Assembly (NCBI GenBank): GCA_934503195.1
Contig: CAKSVM010000003.1
Coordinates: 10,267-74,266, forward strand
Length of the DNA: 64,000 nucleotides
Direction of reading: 5' to 3'
From: an uncultured Eubacteriales bacterium
GTDB taxonomy: Bacteria > Bacillota > Clostridia > Oscillospirales > CAG-272
Below the pieces are notes generated by a model that searched no databases, was not told the origin of the DNA, and was given only the letters and a program-made list of their open reading frames with translations. Position 1 is the stretch's first letter. Each line of letters opens with the position of its first letter. The position numbers and the translations under genes are program-made. Shown piece after piece: positions 1 through 8,531 of this stretch.

Positions 1-174
1 GAGCGAATTTGCCGCCTTCACACGGTCGAAAAAGTTCTTTACGTCGGTAGTATGACGCGTCGACGGAGCCATCAGGGCGAAATCAATATGTCCGATTCCG
101 GGAATTTGCACTATGTCGAGTAACAGCGTCTTGCAGAAGACCTTGCTTCCCGCGCCGATCATTGCGATTTTCAT
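1..174 (-). CDS. Glycoside hydrolase family 4-like enzyme, N-terminal 58 codons only (gene runs off the left edge)
   Basis: Hand translation from ATG at 174: MKIAMIGAGSKVFCKTLLLDIVQIPGIGHIDFALM..., the IGAGS-x-F Rossmann start typical of GH4 (AglA/MelA/LplD-like). AAGGAGA RBS 6 nt upstream. Absent from the ORF track because truncated. Confidence 0.55.
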   Translation of the reverse strand, partial: MKIAMIGAGSKVFCKTLLLDIVQIPGIGHIDFALMAPSTRHTTDVKNFFDRVKAANSL

Positions 175-199
175 GAAAAATCTCCTTGTTTTTTCTTAT

Positions 200-228
200 A
201 TTATACCCTAAAATCCGCGGTTTGTCAA
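200..228 (-). promoter_or_regulatory. Sigma-A-type promoter of the GH4-like gene
   Basis: Minus strand: TTGACA (223-228), 17 nt, TATAAT (200-205). Confidence 0.65.
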
Positions 229-237
229 GTGAAAACG

Positions 238-267
238 CAAAAAAGGACGTCCGAAGACGTCCTTTTT
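238..267 (-). terminator. Intrinsic terminator after ispH-S1
   Basis: GGACGTC-cgaa-GACGTCC stem flanked by A and T runs. Confidence 0.7.
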
Positions 268-279
268 CTGAAATTTCAA

Positions 280-2256
280 TTATTCAGCGTCGTCCTGAGC
301 GGCTCTCTCCTGATCGAGGAGGAGTGCCTTGATCGAAAGGCTGATCTTGTGAGCGTCGTTGTCGATCTTGGTGATCTTTGCGTCAACAACATCGCCGATC
401 TTGAGCGCGTCAGAGGGCTTTGCGAGCTTCTCACGCGAGATCTGGGAGACGTGGATAAGTCCGTCAGCACCCGGAACAACCTCAGCGAACGCGCCGAAGT
501 CCATGAGGGACACGATCTTGACGGTCGCGGTGTCGCCCTCGGCGTACTTCTCGGTGAAGATCTTCCAGGGATCCATATCCGGAGTCTTGTAGGTGAGCGA
601 AATTCTCTTCGCTTCCTTGTCAACTGCCTTTACGGTGACGGTGATGACATCGCCGACCTTGACAACCTCGGACGGATGCTTGATGCGCTTCCACGAAAGC
701 TCGGAGGTGTGAACCATTCCGTCAACGCCGCCGAGATCGACGAACGCGCCGTAGGAAGTGAGGCTCTTGACCTCGCCGGTGTACTGCTGTCCGACCTCGA
801 CCTGAGCCCAGAAAGCTTCCTTGCGGGCCTTGTTAGCCTCGCGCTCGATCGAACGGATCGAAGCGACAACGCGCTTCTTCTGCTCGTTGAAGTCGATGAT
901 CTTGACCTGCTTTACCTGACCCTGAAGCTCGTGGAGATCAGCGTCCTTGGGAAGACCCGACTGCGAAGCGGGGATGAAGACGCGTACGCCGTTCGAAAGG
1001 CCGATGACTCCGCCCTTGACGACGTCGATGATCTTGACCTCGATCGGCTCGCCGTTGTTTGCGGCGTCAACGACAGCCTGCCAGTTCTTGGCGACGTCGA
1101 TGCGCTTCTTGGAGAGCTGCGCGACGCCCTCGGCGTCGTTTACCTTGACGACAACAGCCTCGATCGCGTCGCCGGGCTTGTAAGCGTCGGTGAGCTTGAC
1201 CGAAGGATCGTCGGTGAGTTCGGAATATGTAATGATTCCGGTGAATTTCGCGCCGATGTCGACGTGGATTTCGTTGTCGGAAACCGAGGTGACAACTCCG
1301 GTCACGCGGTCGCCGTTGTTGATCGGACGAAGAGACTCGTCGATCATTTCTTCAAAAGTTTTTTCTGTGTTCTCGCTCATAATATAGTGAACCTCCTGAA
1401 TAATTTCGCCCGGCGTTGACGCGCCCGCGGCGATTCCCACCTTCATATGGGGTTTAACATACTCGAGCGGAATGGAGGAAGCATCTTCAATCAAGAAAGT
1501 CAGCTTACAATTCTGTTCACATATGGAAAAGAGCTTTCGTGTGTTCGAACTGTCTTTTCCGCCGATAACCAACATCATATCCATTTTTCGGGATAGCTTC
1601 AAGACTTCATTCTGCCTATTTTCTGTTACACTGCATATTGTATCATAAATTTTTGAATTTGTACAGACCTTTTTGAAAACTTTTTGCGATGAAAGCCATT
1701 CTTTTACGTTTTGCGTAGTCTGAGCGACAAGAACGGCATCTTTTTTGTGCGTTTTTTCAGCCTCAAAAGCCGCCAGAAGCTCGTCCGAGGTCGGTTTCGC
1801 GATCGTTTTTCCGTTAGCGTAGCTAATTATCCCCTCGACCTCTGGGTGTGAGGGGTCGCCGAGGATGCAGAAAAGCGTGTCGGGCATCGTCTCACAGGCG
1901 GCGATCCGCTGGATCCGCGACACGTGCGGGCAGGTGCAGTCGACGATTTCGAGGAAGGAATTCGCTTTCTTCATCGAATCAAGCTTTTCGGACAGCTCCT
2001 TCGTGATGCCGTGCGCGCGGGTGCAGATGATCGTCGGCGTCGCCTCGCCGGTTGTTTCCATAATCATATCGAGGTCGGACTCGCCGACGATCCGGACGCC
2101 TTTTTCCTCGAGCGACGCTATGTAGGACGGGTTGTGAATCAGCTTTCCGAGCGTGAAGACGCGTTTTCCGGTCGAAATCGCGCGTTCGACTGCGTCGACG
2201 GCGTTCTTTACGCCGAAGCAGAAGCCCGCGAGCTTCGCTACGAAAATCTCAGCCAT
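280..2256 (-). CDS. ispH: 4-hydroxy-3-methylbut-2-enyl diphosphate reductase (IspH/LytB) fused to ribosomal protein S1 repeats
   Basis: 658 aa. N-terminal half has LytB motifs (AGFCFGVKNAV, three-Cys pattern). C-terminal half has four S1/OB repeats (GxVxxxxxxGAFVDLGGVDG-type). Overlaps plsC by 8 nt. Confidence 0.9.
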   Translation of the reverse strand: MAEIFVAKLAGFCFGVKNAVDAVERAISTGKRVFTLGKLIHNPSYIASLEEKGVRIVGESDLDMIMETTGEATPTIICTRAHGITKELSEKLDSMKKANSFLEIVDCTCPHVSRIQRIAACETMPDTLFCILGDPSHPEVEGIISYANGKTIAKPTSDELLAAFEAEKTHKKDAVLVAQTTQNVKEWLSSQKVFKKVCTNSKIYDTICSVTENRQNEVLKLSRKMDMMLVIGGKDSSNTRKLFSICEQNCKLTFLIEDASSIPLEYVKPHMKVGIAAGASTPGEIIQEVHYIMSENTEKTFEEMIDESLRPINNGDRVTGVVTSVSDNEIHVDIGAKFTGIITYSELTDDPSVKLTDAYKPGDAIEAVVVKVNDAEGVAQLSKKRIDVAKNWQAVVDAANNGEPIEVKIIDVVKGGVIGLSNGVRVFIPASQSGLPKDADLHELQGQVKQVKIIDFNEQKKRVVASIRSIEREANKARKEAFWAQVEVGQQYTGEVKSLTSYGAFVDLGGVDGMVHTSELSWKRIKHPSEVVKVGDVITVTVKAVDKEAKRISLTYKTPDMDPWKIFTEKYAEGDTATVKIVSLMDFGAFAEVVPGADGLIHVSQISREKLAKPSDALKIGDVVDAKITKIDNDAHKISLSIKALLLDQERAAQDDAE

Positions 2257-2902
2257 CCGATTTTTCCCCGCCGGACGGCAGCGCGCCCGCGTTTTTAATC
2301 GAAATTATGTCGTCGAAAATCAGCTTCGCGCCGCGCTCGTACTCGGCGGATCCGCCCTTTTCGAAGCCGAACGAATCGTAGGAAATCGGCTTTCCGATGT
2401 GGATCGTGATCGGCCGGAAGAGCCGCACGCGTGAATTTTTCGTCTCGATGTACATCGGCAGAACCGGAACCTTGGCGTGCCAGACGGCCATCGCCGCGCC
2501 GCCCTTGACGTTGTCGCGCGTCGATTCAAGCTCGCGCCCGGCAAAGCGGTGTCCCTGCGGGAACATCCCGACGACCTCGCCCGATTCGAGCAGATTTATA
2601 GACTTTTTGATCGATCCGGCCGAATTTCCCTTTCGGTCGACCGGGAACGCGCCGAGTGCCGTGATCAGCTTTCCGAGCAATGGAATGGAAAATAGTTCTT
2701 TTTTTGCCATAAAACGTATCTGCCGCTTCGTCGCGACGGCCATCACGATTACGTCAAAGAACGAAATATGATTCGCGCAGGCGAGATAACCGCCCTCCAT
2801 CGGCTCGTTTTCCGCACCGACGACCTTGATGCGGAAGGCTTTTTTAATGAATCCGGCGAGATGCTTATACACGCGTTCATACAAATTTAACTTTTTCTTC
2901 AT
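2249..2902 (-). CDS. plsC: 1-acyl-sn-glycerol-3-phosphate acyltransferase
   Basis: 217 aa with the HxxxxD acyltransferase motif (ANHISFFD) and a FPQG-type block (MFPQGHR). 4-nt overlap with cmk. Confidence 0.85.
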   Translation of the reverse strand: MKKKLNLYERVYKHLAGFIKKAFRIKVVGAENEPMEGGYLACANHISFFDVIVMAVATKRQIRFMAKKELFSIPLLGKLITALGAFPVDRKGNSAGSIKKSINLLESGEVVGMFPQGHRFAGRELESTRDNVKGGAAMAVWHAKVPVLPMYIETKNSRVRLFRPITIHIGKPISYDSFGFEKGGSAEYERGAKLIFDDIISIKNAGALPSGGEKSDG

Positions 2903-3561
2903 TTCGCGCGCTCCGAAATGATCGCGAGGGCCTTTTCGACCGTCTCGTCGAAATCTCCGGTGTTGTCAAGCTCGATCGCGTCGTCGGCCTTGACGGCGGG
3001 CGCGACCTCGCGGGTCCGGTCGGCCTTGTCGCGCGCCTCAAGATCGGCCAGAACGGCCTCGAAAGTAGTGTCGATGCCCTTTTCAAGCAGCTCGCGGAGC
3101 CGGCGTCTCGCGCGCTCCTCGGGCTTCACGGTGACGAAGAATTTCACGTCGGCGTCGGGCAGAATGACCGTTCCGATGTCGCGGCCGTCCATGATGACCG
3201 GATTTTTCCGCGCGAAATCCCGCTGAGTCTCAAGCAGAAATTCGCGCACCTCCGGGATCGCCGAGACCTTCGACGCGTACATCGACATCTCGGGCGTGCG
3301 TATCTCGTCGCCGACTCTCGATTTGTCGAGATAGACGACCTGTTTTCCGTCTTCAAGCTCGACATTGACCGAAATCGACTTCAGAAGCTCAGCGACCTTC
3401 TCGCGGTCGGCCGGGTCGATTCCGGCTCTTTTCACCGCGAAGCCGACCGTGCGGTAGAGCGCGCCGGTGTCAAGATACGTGATTCCGAGTCGTTTTGCGA
3501 TCTCCTTCGCGAGCGTGGACTTCCCCGCCCCGCTCGGCCCGTCAAGCGCGATTTTCAGCAT
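2899..3561 (-). CDS. cmk: Cytidylate kinase
   Basis: IALDGPSGAGKST P-loop followed by YLDTGALYR. Start moved to the ATG at 3561 (MLKIALDG), which has an AAAGGGG RBS; the track ORF extends to 3579. Confidence 0.9.
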   Translation of the reverse strand: MLKIALDGPSGAGKSTLAKEIAKRLGITYLDTGALYRTVGFAVKRAGIDPADREKVAELLKSISVNVELEDGKQVVYLDKSRVGDEIRTPEMSMYASKVSAIPEVREFLLETQRDFARKNPVIMDGRDIGTVILPDADVKFFVTVKPEERARRRLRELLEKGIDTTFEAVLADLEARDKADRTREVAPAVKADDAIELDNTGDFDETVEKALAIISERAK

Positions 3562-3621
3562 AAGAATTACCCCTTTCAACCGTCCTTCCGGAAAAAGACG
3601 GCATGACCGAATTGTACAAAT

Positions 3622-4884
3622 TTAATTGTCGGATTCCGTGTCCCCTGACATGACCGCGGACAAAGCCGCGAGGTGCGCCGTCGAGAACGCGATCTGCAAA
3701 TTGAACCCGCCCGTGTAGGCGTCGACGTCGATTATCTCGCCCGCGAAATATAGATTTTTCACGAGCTTCGACTCCATCGTCTTCGGCGAGATTTCCTTGA
3801 CCGAAACGCCGCCTGAAGTGACAATCGCCTCGTCGATCGGACGGAATTTCGTCGCGGTCAGCGTAAGTCCCTTGAGGACGGAAATCAGCCTGTGACGTTC
3901 ATCTTTCGTGATCACGTTGACCTTTTTCCGCTCGTCGATTCCCGAGAGTCTGACAACGACCGGAATGAGCTTCGACGGAAGCAGATCACCGAGCGAATTC
4001 ACGAAATCCTTATTCGAATATTTGGAAAAATCCAACTGGACGCGCCTGTCGAGCGTCTGAAAATCCAGCGCGGGTTTGAGGTCAATCGATAGCCTGTAGC
4101 GCATTCCCGGAAGCTTTTTCATGTGGCTCGACGCCGACAGAACAAGCGGCCCGGAAAGTCCGAAATGTGTAAATAAAAGCTCGCCCTGTTCCTCAAAAAC
4201 CTCACGTCCCGCCTGATCCGAAACAGTCAGCGTGACGTTCTTCAGCGAAAGCCCCATAAGCTCCTTCACAAAGCCCTCGGCACACTCAACCGGAACGAGC
4301 GCGGGCTTCGGCGCAACGATCGTGTGACCGGCCTCCGCCGCCATTCTGTAACCGTCACCGGTCGACCCGGTGAGCGGATAAGACGCCCCTCCGGTCGCGA
4401 GGATCACATGACCAAAATCGACTTTTCCCGCATCGGTCTCAACGCCTTTTATCATCTTTTTCCCGTCCGGATCCTCTTCAATAATCAGATGCTTCGCGTC
4501 GGCGTGAAGAATTTTCACGCCGAGCCGATCAATGCTCCGCTTCAGCGCGCCGCAGATATCGGCCGCCCGATCCGACTCCGGAAAGACGCGGTTTCCGCGC
4601 TCGGTTTTGAGCGGAACGCCGCGGTTCTCAAAGAAATCCATCACGTCCCGCGGCCCGAACGCGTTCAGAGCCGTGTACATGAACCGCGGATTTGTAGGAA
4701 TGTTAGAAATATGCGTATTTATGTCGCTGTTATTTGTGACATTGCAACGACCTTTTCCGGTGATCAGAAGCTTCCGCCCCGGACGGTCGCTGTGTTCGAT
4801 AAGTGTCACATCAGCCCCGGCCTCAGCGGCCGTAATCGCGGCCATCATCCCGGCCGCGCCCGCGCCGACGATTCCGATTTTCAT
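3622..4884 (-). CDS. HI0933/YhiN (BaiN-like) family NAD(P)/FAD-dependent flavoprotein
   Basis: 420 aa. GAGAAGMMAA dinucleotide fold, then the TGKGRCNVTN motif characteristic of the HI0933 family. Confidence 0.8.
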   Translation of the reverse strand: MKIGIVGAGAAGMMAAITAAEAGADVTLIEHSDRPGRKLLITGKGRCNVTNNSDINTHISNIPTNPRFMYTALNAFGPRDVMDFFENRGVPLKTERGNRVFPESDRAADICGALKRSIDRLGVKILHADAKHLIIEEDPDGKKMIKGVETDAGKVDFGHVILATGGASYPLTGSTGDGYRMAAEAGHTIVAPKPALVPVECAEGFVKELMGLSLKNVTLTVSDQAGREVFEEQGELLFTHFGLSGPLVLSASSHMKKLPGMRYRLSIDLKPALDFQTLDRRVQLDFSKYSNKDFVNSLGDLLPSKLIPVVVRLSGIDERKKVNVITKDERHRLISVLKGLTLTATKFRPIDEAIVTSGGVSVKEISPKTMESKLVKNLYFAGEIIDVDAYTGGFNLQIAFSTAHLAALSAVMSGDTESDN

Positions 4885-5783
4885 CGCGCACCGTCCTCAT
4901 TTTTCGAGTCGTGCGACTTGTCGTAAACGTCGTACTCATCCCAGATTTGTTCAAGTTTGCTAAAAGTTTCGGAGACTTCGTCCTGCTTTTTGCGTCCGAT
5001 TGCCACAATCAGCGCGTTGATGATCGAAAGCGGCGCGACGAGCGAGTCGACGAACGACGCCATGTCGCTCTTCGCGAGGAGCGTATCGTCGGCCAGCGCG
5101 GCAATCGGCGAGGCCGGGCTGTCGGTGATCGAAACGACGTGCGCCGACTGCTTTTTCGCGTATTCAAGCGCGTTGATAATCCGCTTCGAGTAGCGCGGGA
5201 AGCTGATTCCGATGATCACGTCGCCCTTCGAAATCCGCAGAATCTGCTCGAAAATCTCTGATCCGGAGGTCGTCCGGACGAGCCGGACGTGCGGGAAAAT
5301 CAGGCTTAAATAATGGTACATGAAGCTTGCGAGCGACGACGACGAGCGCATTCCGATGATGTAAATCATCTTCGCGCCGATCATCGCGTCGACGGCCGAG
5401 TCGAAGCTCTTCCGGTCGATCTCCTCAAGCGTTCTTTTGATTTTGTCGATGTCCGAACAGAGGACTTTTTCGAGCAGATCCGAGTCGCCGATGCGGTCGT
5501 TTGTGATCTCGATGCGCTGAAGCGCGGTGAGCTTCGTCCGGATCAGCTCCTGAAGCGAATGCTGAAGCTCCGGATAGCCGTCAAAACCGAGTTCAATCGC
5601 GAATCTTACAACCGTAGATTCCGAAACTCCGGCGAGATTTCCGAGCTTCGCGGCGGTCATGTAGGCCGCCTTGTCGTAGTGTTCGAGCATGAAAGCCGCG
5701 ATGTGCCGCTGCCCCTTCGAAAAAGTCGGGAGCTTCTGTTCGATGGTATTCAAAAGGTCGTTTTGCTTGTATTCATTATTCAT
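4881..5783 (-). CDS. MurR/RpiR family transcriptional regulator (HTH_6 + SIS domain)
   Basis: 300 aa. N-terminal HTH (AAKLGNLAGVSESTVVRFAIELGFDGY) and C-terminal SIS sugar-phosphate-binding domain (IYIIGMRSSSSLA). 4-nt overlap with the downstream flavoprotein gene. Confidence 0.85.
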   Translation of the reverse strand: MNNEYKQNDLLNTIEQKLPTFSKGQRHIAAFMLEHYDKAAYMTAAKLGNLAGVSESTVVRFAIELGFDGYPELQHSLQELIRTKLTALQRIEITNDRIGDSDLLEKVLCSDIDKIKRTLEEIDRKSFDSAVDAMIGAKMIYIIGMRSSSSLASFMYHYLSLIFPHVRLVRTTSGSEIFEQILRISKGDVIIGISFPRYSKRIINALEYAKKQSAHVVSITDSPASPIAALADDTLLAKSDMASFVDSLVAPLSIINALIVAIGRKKQDEVSETFSKLEQIWDEYDVYDKSHDSKNEDGAR

Positions 5784-5842
5784 AAATCGTGAGCGAAGTC
5801 ATACGGCGACGCCGCTCCTCCTAAAAATATTTGTCCGTTTTG

Positions 5843-5961
5843 TGCAACTTTTGGACTGTTTTCTATGGATTGTGCAACGTATGTTGCGCTATAATCAATT
5901 CCGTAACAAGCATTTTGCAACATAGGTTGCGAAACCGGCTTATTTCACAACGCAAGTTGCA
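5843..5961. repeat. Cluster A of the TGCAAC-N4-GTTGCA palindrome (3 copies plus a half-site)
   Basis: 5873-5888 TGCAACGTATGTTGCG; 5916-5931 TGCAACATAGGTTGCG; 5946-5961 CACAACGCAAGTTGCA; half-site 5843-5848. Confidence 0.8.
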
Positions 5962-5966
5962 AAATA

Positions 5967-7235
5967 TCATTTCACGCCGATATCGTGGCGGTAGTGCATA
6001 TCCTTGAAATGTACGTGTCCGATCGCCTCGTAAGCGCGTTTTATCGCCGCGTCGAGGTTGTCGCCCTTCGCGGTGACGCCAAGAACGCGTCCGCCGGAAG
6101 TCAATAATTTCCCGTCAGAAAGCGTGGTTCCGGCGTGATAGACGACGCAGTCGGGCTGATCCTTGAACCAGTCAAGTCCGGTGATCTCATAGCCTTTTTG
6201 GTACTTCACGGGGTATCCGCCCGACGCCGCGACGACGCAGACGCAGGCGTTGTCCTCCCACTCGATGTCAATTTCGTCGAGCTTTTCGTCGATGACCGCG
6301 TTTATGATATCGATGAAATCAGTCTTGAGTCTCGGCAGGACGACCTGCGTTTCAGGGTCGCCGAAGCGCGAATTGTACTCGATGACCTTAGGTCCGTTTT
6401 GTGTAATCATCAGGCCGAAATAGATAACGCCTTTGAAGGGTCTTCCCTCGCGCGACATGGCCGCGATCGTCGGCTTGAAGATCGTTTCCATGCAGAGCGC
6501 GGCGATTTCGGGGCTGTAAATCCGGCTCGGCGAGAAGGTTCCCATGCCGCCGGTATTCGGGCCTTTATCGTTGTCGAACGCGCGCTTGTGATCCTGCGCG
6601 GAGACCATCGGCTTGACGGTTTTTCCGTCGGTGAACGCGAGAACCGAAACCTCGGGTCCGGTCAGGAATTCCTCGATGACGACGCGGTTTCCGGCGTCTC
6701 CGAAGACCTTGTCGTCCATGATTTCGTGAACTCCGGCCTCGGCATCGGCGAGATTTTCGGCGATTATGACGCCCTTTCCGAGTGCGAGTCCCTCGGCTTT
6801 GATTACGGTCGGGAAAGAATTCTGTTTCTTTATATAATTTATAGCTTCGGCGGAATTGTCAAAAACCTCATACCCAGCAGTCGGAATTCCGTACTTTTTC
6901 ATAAGATTTTTCGAAAAAACCTTACTTCCCTCGATGATCGCGGCGTTCTGACGCGGGCCGAACGCGCGGATTCCCTCGGCCTCAAGATGGTCGACCATGC
7001 CGAGCATCAGCGGGTCGTCGGGCGCGACGAAGACGAGATCGGCGTGAAGTTCCTTCGCCGCCTTGACGATTCCATCGACATCCGTTGCTTTGATCGGCAG
7101 ATTTTCGCAGATTTCGGCCGTTCCGCCGTTGCCGGGCGCGCACCAGAGCTTGCCGCAGTTCGGGCTTTCGGCGAGCTTCGCGGCGATCGCGTGTTCGCGT
7201 CCGCCGCCGCCGACGATGAGAATATTCTGTTTCAT
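5967..7235 (-). CDS. purD: Phosphoribosylamine-glycine ligase
   Basis: ILIVGGGGREHA start and ATP-grasp body. ATG at 7235 sits 7 nt after GGAGG and 2 nt after the asd stop. Confidence 0.92.
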   Translation of the reverse strand: MKQNILIVGGGGREHAIAAKLAESPNCGKLWCAPGNGGTAEICENLPIKATDVDGIVKAAKELHADLVFVAPDDPLMLGMVDHLEAEGIRAFGPRQNAAIIEGSKVFSKNLMKKYGIPTAGYEVFDNSAEAINYIKKQNSFPTVIKAEGLALGKGVIIAENLADAEAGVHEIMDDKVFGDAGNRVVIEEFLTGPEVSVLAFTDGKTVKPMVSAQDHKRAFDNDKGPNTGGMGTFSPSRIYSPEIAALCMETIFKPTIAAMSREGRPFKGVIYFGLMITQNGPKVIEYNSRFGDPETQVVLPRLKTDFIDIINAVIDEKLDEIDIEWEDNACVCVVAASGGYPVKYQKGYEITGLDWFKDQPDCVVYHAGTTLSDGKLLTSGGRVLGVTAKGDNLDAAIKRAYEAIGHVHFKDMHYRHDIGVK

Positions 7236-7237
7236 AA

Positions 7238-8326
7238 TCAAACCTCCGCAGTGAGATAGCCCTCACGATAAAGAAGTTCAGCAATTTCTACAGCTCCGCC
7301 AGCCGCTCCGCGCAGAGTGTTGTGTGAAAGGCCAACAAATTTGTAGTCAAACAGCGAGTCCTCGCGGAGTCTTCCGAGCGAAATCGCCATTCCGCCCTCA
7401 AGATCGCGGTCAAGCCGGGTCTGCGGACGGTTGTCCTCCTCAAAATAGTGGATGAACTGCTTCGGAGCGTGCGGAAGTCCGAGTTCCTGCGGCTTGCCCG
7501 AATAATTCGCCCAAGCTTCGAGGATCTCATCTTTCGTCGGTTTTTCGGCGAAATCCACAAATACAGCCGCGGTGTGTCCGTCAGAAACCGGCACTCTGAT
7601 GCACTGAGTCGTGATCAGCGGCGCGTCAGCCTTTACAATTTCGCCGTTTTCAACGTGTCCCCAGATCTTCAGCGGCTCTTTTTCGGACTTTTCCTCCTCG
7701 CCGCCGATGTACGGGATGACGTTGTCGATCATTTCCGGCCACTCGCGGAAGGTCTTTCCGGCACCCGAAATTGCCTGATAGGTCGTCGCGACGACGCGGG
7801 TCGGCTTCCATTTGAGGAGCGGCGTCAGCGCGGGGACGTAGGACTGAATCGAGCAGTTTGGCTTGACGGCGACAAAGCCGCGCTTTGTGCCGAGCCGTTT
7901 ACGCTGCGAATCGATGACCGCGAGGTGCGAATCGTTGATCTCGGGAATCACCATCGGGACGTCGGGCGTCCAGCGATTGGCCGAGTTGTTCGAAACGACC
8001 GGAATTTCGGCCTTCGCGTAAGCCTCTTCGAGAGCCTTGATTTCGTCTTTTTTCATGTCAACCGCACAAAAAACGAAGTCGACAAGCGGCTTGATTTCGT
8101 CTATTTTCGACGAATCCATGACGATCATGTCCCTGACCGACTCAGGCATCGGGGTCTGGAGCTTCCAGCGGCCGCCGAGAGCCTCCTCGTAAGTTTTCCC
8201 TGCCGAGCGCGGCGACGCGACGAGCGCGGTGATCTCAAAATAGGGGTGATCCTGAAGCAGGGTGATGAATCTCTGCCCGACCATACCGGTTGCGCCGACT
8301 ATTCCGGCGCGGAGCTTGTTCTGCAT
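7238..8326 (-). CDS. asd: Aspartate-semialdehyde dehydrogenase
   Basis: GIVGATGMVGQRF NAD fold and active-site NCSIQ. Start set at the ATG at 8326 (GGAGGA RBS), because the predicted promoter -10 (8360-8365) places the first ATGs of the track ORF at or before the TSS. Confidence 0.9.
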   Translation of the reverse strand: MQNKLRAGIVGATGMVGQRFITLLQDHPYFEITALVASPRSAGKTYEEALGGRWKLQTPMPESVRDMIVMDSSKIDEIKPLVDFVFCAVDMKKDEIKALEEAYAKAEIPVVSNNSANRWTPDVPMVIPEINDSHLAVIDSQRKRLGTKRGFVAVKPNCSIQSYVPALTPLLKWKPTRVVATTYQAISGAGKTFREWPEMIDNVIPYIGGEEEKSEKEPLKIWGHVENGEIVKADAPLITTQCIRVPVSDGHTAAVFVDFAEKPTKDEILEAWANYSGKPQELGLPHAPKQFIHYFEEDNRPQTRLDRDLEGGMAISLGRLREDSLFDYKFVGLSHNTLRGAAGGAVEIAELLYREGYLTAEV

Positions 8327-8359
8327 GATGGTATCCTCCAGTAATTTTTTCATCATTAT

Positions 8360-8388
8360 ATTATAGCAGTTTTTTTGGCGGATGTCAA
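8360..8388 (-). promoter_or_regulatory. Promoter of the asd-purD operon
   Basis: Minus strand: TTGACA (8383-8388), 17 nt, TATAAT (8360-8365). Confidence 0.65.
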
Positions 8389-8475
8389 CTGGTTTGATGT
8401 AAATATTTTGCTCGCGGAGGCGCAGTTTTTTGCGGTTTTACCGCGTTTTTTCGTACACATTTCCATAATTGTCCA

Positions 8476-8504
8476 TTGACATCGCGCCAAAAATGTGGTA
8501 TACT
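8476..8504 (+). promoter_or_regulatory. Promoter of the hydrolase gene at 8532
   Basis: TTGACA (8476-8481), 17 nt, TGgTATACT (-10 at 8499-8504). Confidence 0.65.
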
Positions 8505-8531
8505 AAAAGAAAAAGCAATGGAGAACGTGAA

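Noticed and set aside
229-1419. 396-aa plus-strand ORF antisense to the IspH-S1 gene. Similar long antisense ORFs occur at 6135-7259, 7448-8344, 14201-15181, 20258-21139, 30878-31825, 39649-40338, 43787-45058 and 44076-45062.
   Set aside because: Each lies entirely inside a gene on the opposite strand that has clear family motifs. Their translations are low-complexity and R/D/G/L/V-rich, as expected for shadow frames in GC-rich DNA, and they lack RBS or promoter context.
5873-5888. The TGCAAC-N4-GTTGCA palindrome interpreted as a LexA/DinR (Cheo) box or a sigma-54 promoter.
   Set aside because: The Gram-positive SOS box is GAAC-N4-GTTC, whereas these sites have CAAC/GTTG cores and flank no SOS genes. 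The sigma-54 -24/-12 pattern (TGGCAC-N5-TTGC) is not palindromic and does not fit.
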